NCBI GenBank assembly: GCA_024694675.1
Contig: JAILJO010000004.1
Coordinates: forward strand, 29,407 to 93,406
Length of the DNA: 64,000 nt
Direction: 5' to 3'
From: Bacteroidales bacterium
GTDB taxonomy: Bacteria > Bacteroidota > Bacteroidia > Bacteroidales > UBA932
Part shown: positions 40,648-51,285 of the stretch, in pieces
How positions within the stretch are numbered: position 1 is the stretch's first letter
Layout of the letters: each line of letters opens with the position of its first letter
Translations under genes and position numbers: made by a program
The notes under the pieces: model-generated
Database searches by the model: none
Seen by the model: only the letters and a program-made list of their open reading frames with translations
What the model was told of the DNA's origin: nothing

Positions 40648-42519
40648 ATGAGTTTCATGTATAATCCTTTTCCGTACCATGACCCCAAACCGGTCAATCG
40701 TCCGGAACTGAGCAAAAAGACTGTTGATTCTATAGTTGCAGGCGGAACGCCCAATGTGGCAAAGAAGTTTGTTGCTGGTATAGCGGACAAGGCCCGCAAG
40801 GAGGGTGTCATTGTAGCATTTGATGGCTACACAACAACCAAGTGGGACCTTATGATAAGTCTCATGGCCAGAGAGTGCGACCTTCTGGGACTGAATTTTC
40901 AGTCCGTAGACTGCAATGCCGCAACGTTGAGGGGCGACAAGGAAATAGATTCCATCATAGACCCTCTCCTTATCTGGGACAAGAAGATTGACCCTACCCT
41001 GCTCTACGGCAAGGTGTATCACGGCGGATACGCCGGCCTCATTGACGACAAGAAGGCGGAGGCTTTCAAACAGGAACTTCCTGCAAAGAAAACTCCGGGG
41101 AAGATTGTCGCCGTATATGGTTACGGCTGCCTGTACAAGGGTTTCCGCAACCTCTACGATGTAAAGTGCTGGTTTGACATCACTCCAATGAATAGCATGC
41201 TCCGTATCCGTGCGGGAGAATATGCTAACCTTGGAAAGAAGCACACCGGCATCATCAACCGCACCATCCGCCGCTGCTACTACTGCGACTTCGAGAACGC
41301 CGTACAGCTGCGCAAGGAACTCTTCTCAACAGGAGAACTTGACTGGTACTTCCTGGACAACGACCGTGAAAACCTTCAGATGATGCCATTCGCTGCGTTT
41401 GCCGATGTCTGCGCTCAACTGGTAAAATATCCATTCCGTGCAAAGCCCTGCTACCTGGAAGGCGTCTGGGGTGGTTCCTACATGAAGACACAACGTCACC
41501 TTCCGGAGAAGATGCGCAACGCCGCCTGGGTATTCGACTTTATTCCCATGGAGGTTAGCGTCCTGGTGGAAGCCGGATCGGAAAAGCTGGACATCAACTA
41601 CTGCTCCTTCGTCCACAAGGAGGGAGTGAACCTCATGGGGCAGACCTGTGTTAATAAGTACAAGGGCTACTTCCCCATCCGCTTCAACTGGGACGACAGT
41701 TACCACTCCACCGGAAACATGAGCATACAGTGCCATTCCGGCGGCAAGTACAACGTGGAGAACTACAACGAGTTCGGCCGCCAGGACGAAAGCTACTACG
41801 TGGTAATTACCGGCCACGAGGCAAAAACCTTCATAGGCTTCCGTGACGATGCGGATATTCCCGCCTTCTTCCGCGAGATAGAGGCCGCCGATACGGAGCA
41901 CAAGGAGTGCGACTACATGAAATATGTGAGCTATGAGGAGTCCGTCCCCGGCCTGCAGGTGATGCTTCCCGCCGGAACCATCCACTCCAGCGGCCGCAAC
42001 CAGGTTATCCTGGAAATAGGCTCCCTCACCATAGGCTCATATACTTATAAGATGTACGACTATCTGCGCCTGGACTTTGACGGGAAGCAAAGGCCCATCC
42101 ACACTCATCTTGGAGAGCTCAACGTCCGTCAGGACCGCCGTCATAGCGTAATCCACGACCCCGAAAGCCCGGAATACATCGTCCAGAAACCTCGCCTGGA
42201 CTGCGAGGGCGACTGCTGGAAGGAGTTCATCCTTGGTGAGAACCAACAGATGTACATATCCCTCCGCCGCCTTGAGTTCGAAAAGCAGTGCGAGCAGGAT
42301 ACCAAGGGCGAAAAGTTCCATGTACTTACGCTCGTTGACGGCGACCACATCCGCATCCGGAGCGTGGAGCATCCGGAGCGTTACTTCGACCTTGACTTCA
42401 TGGAAATAGCCTGCGTACCCGCGTCCATGGGCAAATACGTTATTGAGAATCTGGGCAAAGAGCCCATTCGTGTACACAAGACCTGCCTGAGGGATGGATA
42501 CCAGAACGATCCTGCTTGA
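40648..42519 (+). CDS. Class I mannose-6-phosphate isomerase-like cupin with an N-terminal extension
   Basis: GVWGG, FPIRF, MSIQCH, QDESYY, PAGTIHS and LEI motifs. Confidence 0.8.
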   Translation: MSFMYNPFPYHDPKPVNRPELSKKTVDSIVAGGTPNVAKKFVAGIADKARKEGVIVAFDGYTTTKWDLMISLMARECDLLGLNFQSVDCNAATLRGDKEIDSIIDPLLIWDKKIDPTLLYGKVYHGGYAGLIDDKKAEAFKQELPAKKTPGKIVAVYGYGCLYKGFRNLYDVKCWFDITPMNSMLRIRAGEYANLGKKHTGIINRTIRRCYYCDFENAVQLRKELFSTGELDWYFLDNDRENLQMMPFAAFADVCAQLVKYPFRAKPCYLEGVWGGSYMKTQRHLPEKMRNAAWVFDFIPMEVSVLVEAGSEKLDINYCSFVHKEGVNLMGQTCVNKYKGYFPIRFNWDDSYHSTGNMSIQCHSGGKYNVENYNEFGRQDESYYVVITGHEAKTFIGFRDDADIPAFFREIEAADTEHKECDYMKYVSYEESVPGLQVMLPAGTIHSSGRNQVILEIGSLTIGSYTYKMYDYLRLDFDGKQRPIHTHLGELNVRQDRRHSVIHDPESPEYIVQKPRLDCEGDCWKEFILGENQQMYISLRRLEFEKQCEQDTKGEKFHVLTLVDGDHIRIRSVEHPERYFDLDFMEIACVPASMGKYVIENLGKEPIRVHKTCLRDGYQNDPA

Positions 42520-43306
42520 CGTAGGAGGCACTTTCATAAAGTGCTCTGACGGAAGGTCGATACCCATCAACAGCGACGGCACAAGGGAGGAAATCGCATC
42601 CTCCCTGAGCCTTGCCCTTGGTGATGCGGAAAGGGCCGCCATTGCCATTCCAGGCCCCTTTGACTACCAGAACGGCATATTCCTCATGAAGCACAAATTC
42701 GCCGCCGTGTACGGCGAACGCTTCGCGGATCTGGTCTCCCCCACCGTCATTCCGGGCTTGACCCGGAATCTCAGATTTATCCATGACGTAAACGCCATGC
42801 TCCTTGGGGAGACAACCGCCGGGGCAGGCCTGGGCTGCTCCAGAGTGGCGCTTGTTACGCTTGGGACGGGCCTTGGGTTTTCCATGAGCATTGACGGGAA
42901 AATACTGAAAAATGAAATGGGGTCTCCCAAGGTATCCATCTTCAATCGTCCGTACCGTGACGGCATCCTGGAGGACTATGCTTCCAAACGCGGCATAATC
43001 CGTGGATTTGAGGGCATTACCGTAAAGGGACTTGCAGACAAGGCCAAGGCCGGAGATACTCAGGCCCAGGCCCGTTTCCGCGAAGTGGGAGGTATAATTG
43101 CCGAATCAATAGGCCCCTTAATGGAAGAATATGGGATAGAGTGTCTTCTTTTCGGCGGACAGATTTCCCGCTCTTTCGAGCTGTTTGGTCCTGCGGTGAA
43201 AGAAGGCCTCTACGGAGTATCGTCATTAAAATACATTGGCCCGGTCTCTGATATAGGCCGAGCCACGTTTCACGGACTGGAGAGCCTGCTGTACAGGCTT
43301 ACTTGA
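42494..43306 (+). CDS. ROK family sugar kinase
   Basis: DVGGTFIK, PGPFDY, HDVNA, TLGTGLG and GGQIS motifs. Confidence 0.88.
   Translation: MDTRTILLDVGGTFIKCSDGRSIPINSDGTREEIASSLSLALGDAERAAIAIPGPFDYQNGIFLMKHKFAAVYGERFADLVSPTVIPGLTRNLRFIHDVNAMLLGETTAGAGLGCSRVALVTLGTGLGFSMSIDGKILKNEMGSPKVSIFNRPYRDGILEDYASKRGIIRGFEGITVKGLADKAKAGDTQAQARFREVGGIIAESIGPLMEEYGIECLLFGGQISRSFELFGPAVKEGLYGVSSLKYIGPVSDIGRATFHGLESLLYRLT
42746..42771 (+). repeat. REP-like palindrome in frame within the ROK gene
   Basis: GTCATTCCGGGCTTGACCCGGAATCT, encoding VIPGLTRNL. Confidence 0.75.
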
Positions 43307-44399
43307 TTCCGTATTTGCGCAGAATCTTCAGGATGGGCTTTTCTATGGATTGCTCCCAGAGGGTGTATCCGTAGTTGTCCGGATGCACTCCGTCAACAGA
43401 AGCCTCATGGCTGAGAGGGCAAGCCTCCGGGATTATGAAATAGACATCCTTGTACTTCTCGCGGCCTTCTTTGGTACTTTTCAGCTCCTTGAAAATCTTG
43501 GCGGCCATATCCATCTTGGCCTGCTCCTTCTTGTCCTCAGAAGTGTTGAAATTCCTCCTTTCACGGTATATGGTCTGCTGGAAAATGAGCGGTTTCCCGG
43601 GATGGGCGGCAATCATACGGTCTATGAACGGGACCAGACGCTCCCGGATCATCTCCGCACCGGGATTGGAGAATGAGTCGAAGACGAAGGCCTCGGCATC
43701 AACGTCAACGAGGACATCGGCAAAATAATCCTGAAGCATGCAGCGGCCGCTGCAGCCAAGGGAAAGCATCTGAAGGCCCGTTGAGCGAGAGAACTGCGCG
43801 GGATATGCCATCCCACCGCGGCTGGTGCTGGAACCGTGCGTGAAGCTCGATCCCCAGATGGCTATGCGGTGACGGAAAGGATTGTCGATGGCCTCCATTG
43901 TTGCACCTTTCTCCACTCCCACCTGGATAGACAATTCCTCGCTGTAGGTGGGGAAATAGAGAAGGCATTCGTGCTCCTGACCGTCCATGTGTTTTATAAT
44001 CGTGTACGGCTGATCCATCTTCTTTCTGGAGTTTACTCCTGCAGCAGCCCAGAGCCAATCACCGCCCTGGCGGATATACAGGTCGTAACCCTTGGCGGAG
44101 ATATGGCTGGTATTCGTGGGATCGTCCATCTCCCCATACTTGGTGAGGATGGAGATACTCTTTGAGTTGGTCTTGAAGACGCAGGCCATTCCCGAGGACA
44201 TTCTCACCAGCATGTTTTCCCGCTTGGTAAAGCCCTTGTACAGGGTTGTATCCACCCTGTGATAGGGATTTGCAGTCTTTCCGGGCATAAGTTTTCCAAC
44301 CAATGTGAGCTCAGACGCTTCAGTATAAACATACTCCGGGTCCTGAGCATATGCTGCCAGTGAGGCAAGCATGAAAAGCAGTATGACAATCTTTTTCAT
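43299..44399 (-). CDS. SGNH/GDSL hydrolase with a GxDLY N-terminal domain
   Basis: GYDLY, WGSSFTHG and DGVHP motifs; signal peptide. Confidence 0.88.
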   Translation of the reverse strand: MKKIVILLFMLASLAAYAQDPEYVYTEASELTLVGKLMPGKTANPYHRVDTTLYKGFTKRENMLVRMSSGMACVFKTNSKSISILTKYGEMDDPTNTSHISAKGYDLYIRQGGDWLWAAAGVNSRKKMDQPYTIIKHMDGQEHECLLYFPTYSEELSIQVGVEKGATMEAIDNPFRHRIAIWGSSFTHGSSTSRGGMAYPAQFSRSTGLQMLSLGCSGRCMLQDYFADVLVDVDAEAFVFDSFSNPGAEMIRERLVPFIDRMIAAHPGKPLIFQQTIYRERRNFNTSEDKKEQAKMDMAAKIFKELKSTKEGREKYKDVYFIIPEACPLSHEASVDGVHPDNYGYTLWEQSIEKPILKILRKYGIK

Positions 44400-44403
44400 A
44401 TGA

Positions 44404-45915
44404 TTATAGATTTGATATTATTTCATCGAAACCGGCATGCGGATGCAGTGAATGCTTTTGCAGATTACTGTGATACGAGTAGACTGTAGTCACTGACATA
44501 TTAAGGATTTTGGCAATCTTCTGGCGCTTGGAAACGCCCATCCTTATGAGGGCAAGGATGCGGAGTTCCGTGGACAATTCCCCCGAAGCAGACATGTCAA
44601 GACGGTACTCTGGAAGCATATGTTCGTTGACTTTGTCTACGAAGTCCGGGAAAATGCCAAGGAAGGCGGAGTCGAAATTCTGCAGCAGGCCGTCAAACTC
44701 TTCATCCGCAAAAGAGGGACGCCGTAGCATAGCCGTAACTGCATCCACTCCTCCATGTTTGGATGCGCGGCGAAGGGATGAACGGTACTCATCCACTTTA
44801 TTCAGGTAGTCCACGCATTTCTCCATATACATGGCAAGGAAACTGTCCTTAATCTTGGACGCCTCACTTAACTGCCTCCTGGAGATACTCAGACGGGAAG
44901 AATAGCGGGTAAGCAAGAACAATGAAACTACCGCTACAACAAGAAGCAGCGCAATTGCTATTGTAGTTGATATGATAGCCCGACGCCTTTGCCTCTGTCC
45001 TTCCATAAGGACATTCATGATTTCCAACTCAGCACCGATGACATCTTCATAACGGGATTCGTAATGAGAAGAATACGCATCCTTGAGAGTAATACGCATG
45101 TAGCGGTCCGCCCTTTTGATATCCCCGGTCCTAAAGAGAAGCAAGGCAAGCTCATACAGGGCGTTATAAGCCTTTACAGCAAGCCTCATGTCACATTCCG
45201 CTGACTTGGCGAAATACCAGATTGCGCTGTCATTATCCCCGGCATGCATATACTCCAGAGCAAGGAAATAGTTGGCTTTGGCGGTGTCGTTGGGGCTTGT
45301 AAGAATACAATCGTAAAGCCTGCGGACAGCATTTTCCAGACTCTGGTTATTGCGGTGAAGTTCATTATAATAATACGCGCACTCTATACGAGTGCTGTCG
45401 CTTTTCCACCACTTTTCAATAATGTCAAGCTTATCTTGGTTGAATTGTGGACGGTCTCCTGAGAGCCTTCCGAAGATATGGTAAGCCGCAAAACAATAGA
45501 TATCCAGCGCCTCCCGGCACATTCCGACTGTGTCAATCTGCTGAAGGACACGATGAGCCGAACCAAGGGAGTCCATCTTATAGAGGATATTGGCATAGCA
45601 GGACTCGCTTATGCATTTTTGCCGATGGTCATCTCCGCACAGCCGGAGCATGTCCTGGATACTGTTGTAGCAGGACTCAATATCACGGTACGAGAGGATG
45701 GACTGAAGCTTATATGCGGCTTCCCACTTTAAGGAATCAGCAACAGCATCCTGATATCTTAAACTCAAAGAATCCTGTATGTGTGTCTGTATGAGGTCAT
45801 ACATCTCCTGCCTGTCTATTGTACGGTCAAGTGCAGAGAACTGCTCGGTCACCGGATTTGAACATGAAATCCAGGCCCATAAACCGGCGATTAGTGCAAG
45901 AAATGACTTTTTCAT
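44404..45915 (-). CDS. DUF6377-type membrane-spanning transcriptional regulator
   Basis: Periplasmic region, TM helix, FDSAFLGIFPDFV, ELRILALIRMGV and a C-terminal HTH (IAKILNMSVTTVYSY). Confidence 0.85.
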   Translation of the reverse strand: MKKSFLALIAGLWAWISCSNPVTEQFSALDRTIDRQEMYDLIQTHIQDSLSLRYQDAVADSLKWEAAYKLQSILSYRDIESCYNSIQDMLRLCGDDHRQKCISESCYANILYKMDSLGSAHRVLQQIDTVGMCREALDIYCFAAYHIFGRLSGDRPQFNQDKLDIIEKWWKSDSTRIECAYYYNELHRNNQSLENAVRRLYDCILTSPNDTAKANYFLALEYMHAGDNDSAIWYFAKSAECDMRLAVKAYNALYELALLLFRTGDIKRADRYMRITLKDAYSSHYESRYEDVIGAELEIMNVLMEGQRQRRRAIISTTIAIALLLVVAVVSLFLLTRYSSRLSISRRQLSEASKIKDSFLAMYMEKCVDYLNKVDEYRSSLRRASKHGGVDAVTAMLRRPSFADEEFDGLLQNFDSAFLGIFPDFVDKVNEHMLPEYRLDMSASGELSTELRILALIRMGVSKRQKIAKILNMSVTTVYSYHSNLQKHSLHPHAGFDEIISNL

Positions 45916-46060
45916 ACCGCAAATATAAATAATTATTCTTGTTTTTCATATATTTTAACTAAATTATTAAAACACTTATCATCAGCAAATTAATTGATAA
46001 AACAAGATTATTTCAACCTTGTTTTTCAAAAAAGGCAGGACAACGCAGCGTTTTTCCGTG

Positions 46061-46068
46061 TAATTTTG
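46061..46068 (+). promoter_or_regulatory. Bacteroidota -7 promoter element for susC
   Basis: TAATTTTG in an AT-rich intergenic region, about 35 nt upstream of the ATG. Confidence 0.6.
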
Positions 46069-46101
46069 CAGTAGCAACCTATTATTAATAACACAGCGCG
46101 T

Positions 46102-49100
46102 ATGAAACTCAATCCCAAGCTGACAGCGCTGCTTCTGAGTTTTCTTCTGCTAGACGGAAGTGCCATAGCCCAGAAGCTGCAAGTCTCTGGAAAAGTGACA
46201 GATGCGGCTACCGGTGACCCCGTCCCCGGAGCAGCCGTCATGGTTGTGCAGGGAAACGGCGGTGTCATAACCGACGCCCAGGGTGTTTATTCCATTTCCG
46301 TTTCTCCGAATGCATCATTACTTTGCACCTGCATTGGCTATCAGGATATCCAGGTAGCGGTAGCGGGCCGTGGCGTCATTGACTTTGCCATGGAGCTCGA
46401 CGCACAGATGCTGGAAGAAACGGTAGTCGTAGGCTATGGCACCCTAAAGAAATCACAACTGGTGGGCAGCGTGGAACAAATCTCCGGCGAAGCCCTTGAA
46501 GGCCGCTCAAACGCCAACGTCTCCCGTACTCTTCAGGGCCAGGTTCCCGGCCTCAGCATTTTCGTAAGCGACGGTAAACCTACGCACGGCGGTTCAATAT
46601 ATATCCGCGGCGGCGCCACCAACTATGTGATGAAAAAGAACCTGAGCAGCAAGGACCTTCAGGACTATTCCGTGGGTCAGGGCGGCAGCGCCCTGGTTCT
46701 CATAGACGGAGTAGAAGGCGATTTGTCGTCAGTTAATCCTGAAGACATTGAGTCTGTTTCCGTGCTAAAGGACGCTTCCTCCGCTGCTATTTATGGTTCG
46801 CGCGCAGCGTACGGAGTTATTCTGGTCACCACAAAGAAAGCTTCCGGAGAACGCATTACAGTTACTTACAACGGCTCTTTCTCCGTGAACCAGCGCACTG
46901 TGATGTGGGAAGACCACATAATATCCGACGGCCTTGAATTCACACGCAACTTCTACGATTTCTGGCTGGGAAAGACCGAGACTCCCCTCGCGGCGGGATC
47001 GGCACCCACCAAGATGAATACATATAATATACCTTCCAATTATCTGGAGCTCTTTGAAGCCCGTCGCGCTGCAGGAAACACGAATCCCTACGATATGAAC
47101 GGCGGAGATTACCTGTACTTTGGAAGTGTAAACTATTTCGAGCTCTTCTACAAGCGTTTCAACACATCGAACTCACATTCCGTAAGCGTGAATGGGGCAT
47201 CAGGAAAGATGTCTTATTCCCTATCCGGACGCTTCTACAACCAGGACGGCATCTATAAGATTGGACAGGAAGACTACAAGCAATTCAACCTTCGCTCCAA
47301 GGTTTCACTCAAACTGAGGGACTGGATCTCAATAGACAACAATACCTATATCTACCGCGTCAATTACATCCAGCCAATCTTCTCCAAAAACAACGAGAAA
47401 GTGGGTAGCCAAGTCCAGCAGATAGCTGTGATTGGCCTGCCGGTACTTCCTCCCACCAACGAAGACGGCACTTATACCCTTGGCGGCGCAGCTTCCGGCT
47501 ATGCGGCATTCGTGGAAGGAAATTCGGCCCAGGAGGCAACTACAACCACGCTTGTCACCACCACTGGCCTCAACATCGAACCTGTCAAGGATGTGTTCAA
47601 GATCCGTGGCGACGTTTCCTACAAGTTTTCCTACAAGCTCACCGACCGCCACGTGGCCCCTACCCCGCAGAGCAACGCTCCGGGCGTTATCACCTACTAT
47701 GTAAGCCAGGCCGATTCCTACAAGAAGGAGTATCACTATACCACCAATCACATATCGGCCAACATCGTCGGAACATTTATTCCCAACCTGGGTGATGCCC
47801 ACAAGTTGAACGCAGTGGCCGGTTGGAACCTTGAGAACCGGCAGTATGACGTCGAGACAATCCTGCGCCTTGGAATGCTCTACCCCGGCCTCAACAGCTT
47901 CGAGATGTTTGACGGCAGCGAGATAGAGATAAAGGAGTACAACAGCAACTGGGCCACCATAGGCACCTTCGCCAGGGCTAACTACTCATATCTTGGCCGA
48001 TATATCCTTGAAACTTCCCTCCGTTACGACCTCAACTCCCGCTTCCCCAAAAACCAGCGCGGAGGTTGGTTTCCCTCCGCTTCTGCAGGATGGCGCCTCT
48101 CTGAAGAACCCTGGATGAAATGGGCCAAAGGCACTCTCGACAACCTGAAACTCCGCGGCAACTGGGGTTCGCTTGGTAACGGCGACGTCTCACCATATAC
48201 CTTCCTGGAGACTATGGGCGTAGCGCAGAGCTCAGTGATATTCGGCGATGGCTACGTCTCTGTAGCCGGCATGCCTTCCATCGTCCCGGACAGCCTTACC
48301 TGGGAAAAGATCAAGACCTGGGACATCGGCATGGACGTGGATGTGTTCGGCAGCAAGCTCTCCTTCTCCGGCGACTATTATGTAAGGTATACGGACGATA
48401 TGTACTCCTCCGGCCCGGAACTTCCCGCCATTCTTGGCGCAGCAACGCCCAAAGGCAACTATGGACAGCTCACCACCAAGGGATGGGAACTCACCCTTTC
48501 CTGGCGCGACGCCTTCAAAGTGGCAGGCAAGGACTTCAATTACAGCATCAAGGGCAGCCTCTGGGACAGTCGCACGTGGGTGACCAAGTTCAACAACGAC
48601 AGCCACAACATCTTCGGCTTCTACGAAGGCAAGGAGATTGGCGAACTGTGGGGCTTCCGCACTGACGGGCTCTTCACCTCCAACGAGGAAGCTGCAGCCT
48701 GGTACCCTGACAAGTACCACGACCTGCAGAATCCGGGCGCCCCTTACGCAGGCGACATGAAGTTCCTGGACTGGAACGACGACAAGGAAATATCGGCCGG
48801 AGCGGGCACTCTGGAGAACCACGGAGACCTTGACCGCATCGGTAACATCATGCCGCGCTACCAGTTCGGCGTGAATCTGGATGCCAAGTGGAACGGGATA
48901 GGCCTGAGCGTGTTCCTGCAGGGAATCGGCCACCGCGACTGGTATCCTTCAGAAGGCACATCCCTCTTCTGGGGCGGCTACGAAAGGGCGTACAACTTCG
49001 CCCTGGTGAGCCAGCAGACAGACCGCGCCATCCTGGACAAGAGCACCACCAACTGGACTCTCGCCAATGCCGATGAGAATCCTTACTGGCCGCGCCGAAT

Positions 49101-49443
49101 GTACGGCCCCGCAATGGCCGGAAAGGGTCTTGGCACCATGAATTCCTACAATGACTACTTCCTCCAGAACGCAGCCTACCTGCGTCTGAAAAACCTTACC
49201 CTGGACTACACTTTCCCTGCCGACATCACCAAGAAGATGGGCATCGAGAAGATGAGGGTATACTTCTCCGGAGAGAATCTCCTTACCTTCTCTCCCATCT
49301 ACAAGCATACGCTTATGTTTGACCCGGAAGTCATCGACAAGGGTGACTCTGACTTTGGGAATGCCACTTCCACAAGCATGGGCGACGGCGCCAGCTATCC
49401 TATGCTCAAATCTTACACCTTCGGTATCAATCTAACGTTCTAG
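46102..49443 (+). CDS. SusC/RagA TonB-dependent transporter
   Basis: VVVGYG, VLKDASSAAIYGSRAAYGVILVTTK, LRLKNLTL and C-terminal FGINLTF. Confidence 0.97.
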   Translation: MKLNPKLTALLLSFLLLDGSAIAQKLQVSGKVTDAATGDPVPGAAVMVVQGNGGVITDAQGVYSISVSPNASLLCTCIGYQDIQVAVAGRGVIDFAMELDAQMLEETVVVGYGTLKKSQLVGSVEQISGEALEGRSNANVSRTLQGQVPGLSIFVSDGKPTHGGSIYIRGGATNYVMKKNLSSKDLQDYSVGQGGSALVLIDGVEGDLSSVNPEDIESVSVLKDASSAAIYGSRAAYGVILVTTKKASGERITVTYNGSFSVNQRTVMWEDHIISDGLEFTRNFYDFWLGKTETPLAAGSAPTKMNTYNIPSNYLELFEARRAAGNTNPYDMNGGDYLYFGSVNYFELFYKRFNTSNSHSVSVNGASGKMSYSLSGRFYNQDGIYKIGQEDYKQFNLRSKVSLKLRDWISIDNNTYIYRVNYIQPIFSKNNEKVGSQVQQIAVIGLPVLPPTNEDGTYTLGGAASGYAAFVEGNSAQEATTTTLVTTTGLNIEPVKDVFKIRGDVSYKFSYKLTDRHVAPTPQSNAPGVITYYVSQADSYKKEYHYTTNHISANIVGTFIPNLGDAHKLNAVAGWNLENRQYDVETILRLGMLYPGLNSFEMFDGSEIEIKEYNSNWATIGTFARANYSYLGRYILETSLRYDLNSRFPKNQRGGWFPSASAGWRLSEEPWMKWAKGTLDNLKLRGNWGSLGNGDVSPYTFLETMGVAQSSVIFGDGYVSVAGMPSIVPDSLTWEKIKTWDIGMDVDVFGSKLSFSGDYYVRYTDDMYSSGPELPAILGAATPKGNYGQLTTKGWELTLSWRDAFKVAGKDFNYSIKGSLWDSRTWVTKFNNDSHNIFGFYEGKEIGELWGFRTDGLFTSNEEAAAWYPDKYHDLQNPGAPYAGDMKFLDWNDDKEISAGAGTLENHGDLDRIGNIMPRYQFGVNLDAKWNGIGLSVFLQGIGHRDWYPSEGTSLFWGGYERAYNFALVSQQTDRAILDKSTTNWTLANADENPYWPRRMYGPAMAGKGLGTMNSYNDYFLQNAAYLRLKNLTLDYTFPADITKKMGIEKMRVYFSGENLLTFSPIYKHTLMFDPEVIDKGDSDFGNATSTSMGDGASYPMLKSYTFGINLTF

Positions 49444-49447
49444 GGCC

Positions 49448-51268
49448 ATGAAAAGAATAATCTATATCATAGCGGCCCTTGCGGCCTGCGCCTGCACGGA
49501 CCTTCTGGAAAAGACCCCTGCCAACAAGTTTGACGCGGACCGGTTCTTCTCCAGTGAGACAGACCTTAAGCTCTATGCCAACGGCCTCATCAACACCGCC
49601 ATTCCCGGTGCGGACGATATGGCCCTAGGAGAAGACCGTTACACGGACCTCTGCATGACCAAATCGTCAAAAGAGTTCTACTGGGGGACGTATTCCGCAG
49701 CAAAGGCGAGCAACTGGACGGAAAGTACCTGGAGCTTCCCCCGCCGGGTGGCATACATGCTTGAAAAAATGCCGGCGGCAAAAGAACATGTGTCTCCAGA
49801 GAAATACAATCATTACGAGGGCGTCGCCCGCTTCTGGAGGGCCTGGATTACTGTTAAGCGCATGAAAGTGTTCGGCGACTGCTACTTCATTGACAAGGTC
49901 ATGCAGCCGGACGACAAAGAAGCGCTCTACGCCCCCAGGCAGGACCGCGAATACATCTTCCACAAGGTCACGGAAGACCTCAAGTTCGCCTGTGAGAACT
50001 GTCTTACGTCCGGCGAAGGAATCAATTCCGACGGCCGCGTATACATCAATAAATACGTAGCTCTGGCCTTTGCCTCACGCATCTTCCTCTATGAAGGAAC
50101 TTACCGCAAATACCACAGCGTGAATCCTTCCACAGGGAAACCCTGGAACGGAGAGTATGAAAACTCCACGGAGCTATTGAAACTCGCTGAGAAGTATGCC
50201 AAGGAGCTTGCCGAGACCCAGGCCTTCTCACTGGTAGCCGACTACCGTTCTCTCTTCGTCTCCCAGGTCCTTCCCAAAGAAGAGGTCATCTGGGGACGCA
50301 CTTATTCCGACGAGCTTAGCGTCAAGCACGGCGTCACCTACAAGTACTGCTCTACGACTTCATCGTTGCTGTATTCCCCCACCAAGGAATATGTCCAGAT
50401 GTTCCTGAAGACCGACGGCACTCCGGCAGCCGGAAACGTCAGTGTCACGCAGGAATTCAACGGCAGGGACGCACGTCTTGCCGCCAGCGTACTGGCGCCT
50501 GGACGCACCATCTCCAAAGCCGATGGTTCCAAACCGGAACTGGCCCCCAACTGGACCTGGACCTGCGGCGGCTATGAGTGGATAAAGTGGGTGCTGCTGG
50601 AAGACGTCCCCATGAGCGGTGACAACAAGTCCTACAACTCCATGCCCATTATCCGCTACGCAGAGGTCCTGTTGAACTGGGCCGATGCGGCCGCCGAGCT
50701 TGGAACCATGGACAAGGCCCTCTGGGACAAGACAATCGGCCTTCTCCGCGCACGCGCCGGTGTCGCTTCCAAATGCCCCGGATCGGCCGGATATGTGGCC
50801 GACGAGTGGCTCAGGGACTACTACACCAAGGACGTGAAGCATCCCGCCACCCTCACCGACTGGCAGATTGAAATCCGCCGCGAAAGGGTAACCGAGCTTA
50901 TGCTGGAAGGACAAAGCCGCTACGACGACCTCATGCGCTGGAATCTTGGCGACCTCATTGAGCGACGCTACAATCACCAGGGATGGCGCGGTATCTACAT
51001 CACCCAGGATGAGGCAACCAATGGTTTCACATGGGGAAATACCGGCGTCAAATACACGGTATCCAAGACCAAGAAGGGCAGCGAGACCAACTACAAGATT
51101 ACCGGAACCGCCGACGGCGCCTGGAGCTTGTCGGAAGGCACTTACGGCTACCTTATATACAACTATTCGCTGATTTGGGACGACATGATGTACACCCATC
51201 CCATCCCACAGTCGGCGCTTAACGTGAACCCGGCCCTGGGCCAGAACGAGGGCTGGCAATGGCAATAA
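49448..51268 (+). CDS. SusD/RagB lipoprotein
   Basis: Lipobox; ARFWRA, IRYAEVLLN, IRRERVTEL.LEG.RYDDL.RW and PIP...QNEGW motifs. Confidence 0.96.
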   Translation: MKRIIYIIAALAACACTDLLEKTPANKFDADRFFSSETDLKLYANGLINTAIPGADDMALGEDRYTDLCMTKSSKEFYWGTYSAAKASNWTESTWSFPRRVAYMLEKMPAAKEHVSPEKYNHYEGVARFWRAWITVKRMKVFGDCYFIDKVMQPDDKEALYAPRQDREYIFHKVTEDLKFACENCLTSGEGINSDGRVYINKYVALAFASRIFLYEGTYRKYHSVNPSTGKPWNGEYENSTELLKLAEKYAKELAETQAFSLVADYRSLFVSQVLPKEEVIWGRTYSDELSVKHGVTYKYCSTTSSLLYSPTKEYVQMFLKTDGTPAAGNVSVTQEFNGRDARLAASVLAPGRTISKADGSKPELAPNWTWTCGGYEWIKWVLLEDVPMSGDNKSYNSMPIIRYAEVLLNWADAAAELGTMDKALWDKTIGLLRARAGVASKCPGSAGYVADEWLRDYYTKDVKHPATLTDWQIEIRRERVTELMLEGQSRYDDLMRWNLGDLIERRYNHQGWRGIYITQDEATNGFTWGNTGVKYTVSKTKKGSETNYKITGTADGAWSLSEGTYGYLIYNYSLIWDDMMYTHPIPQSALNVNPALGQNEGWQWQ

Positions 51269-51285
51269 CTCTAAAACTAAATAAC

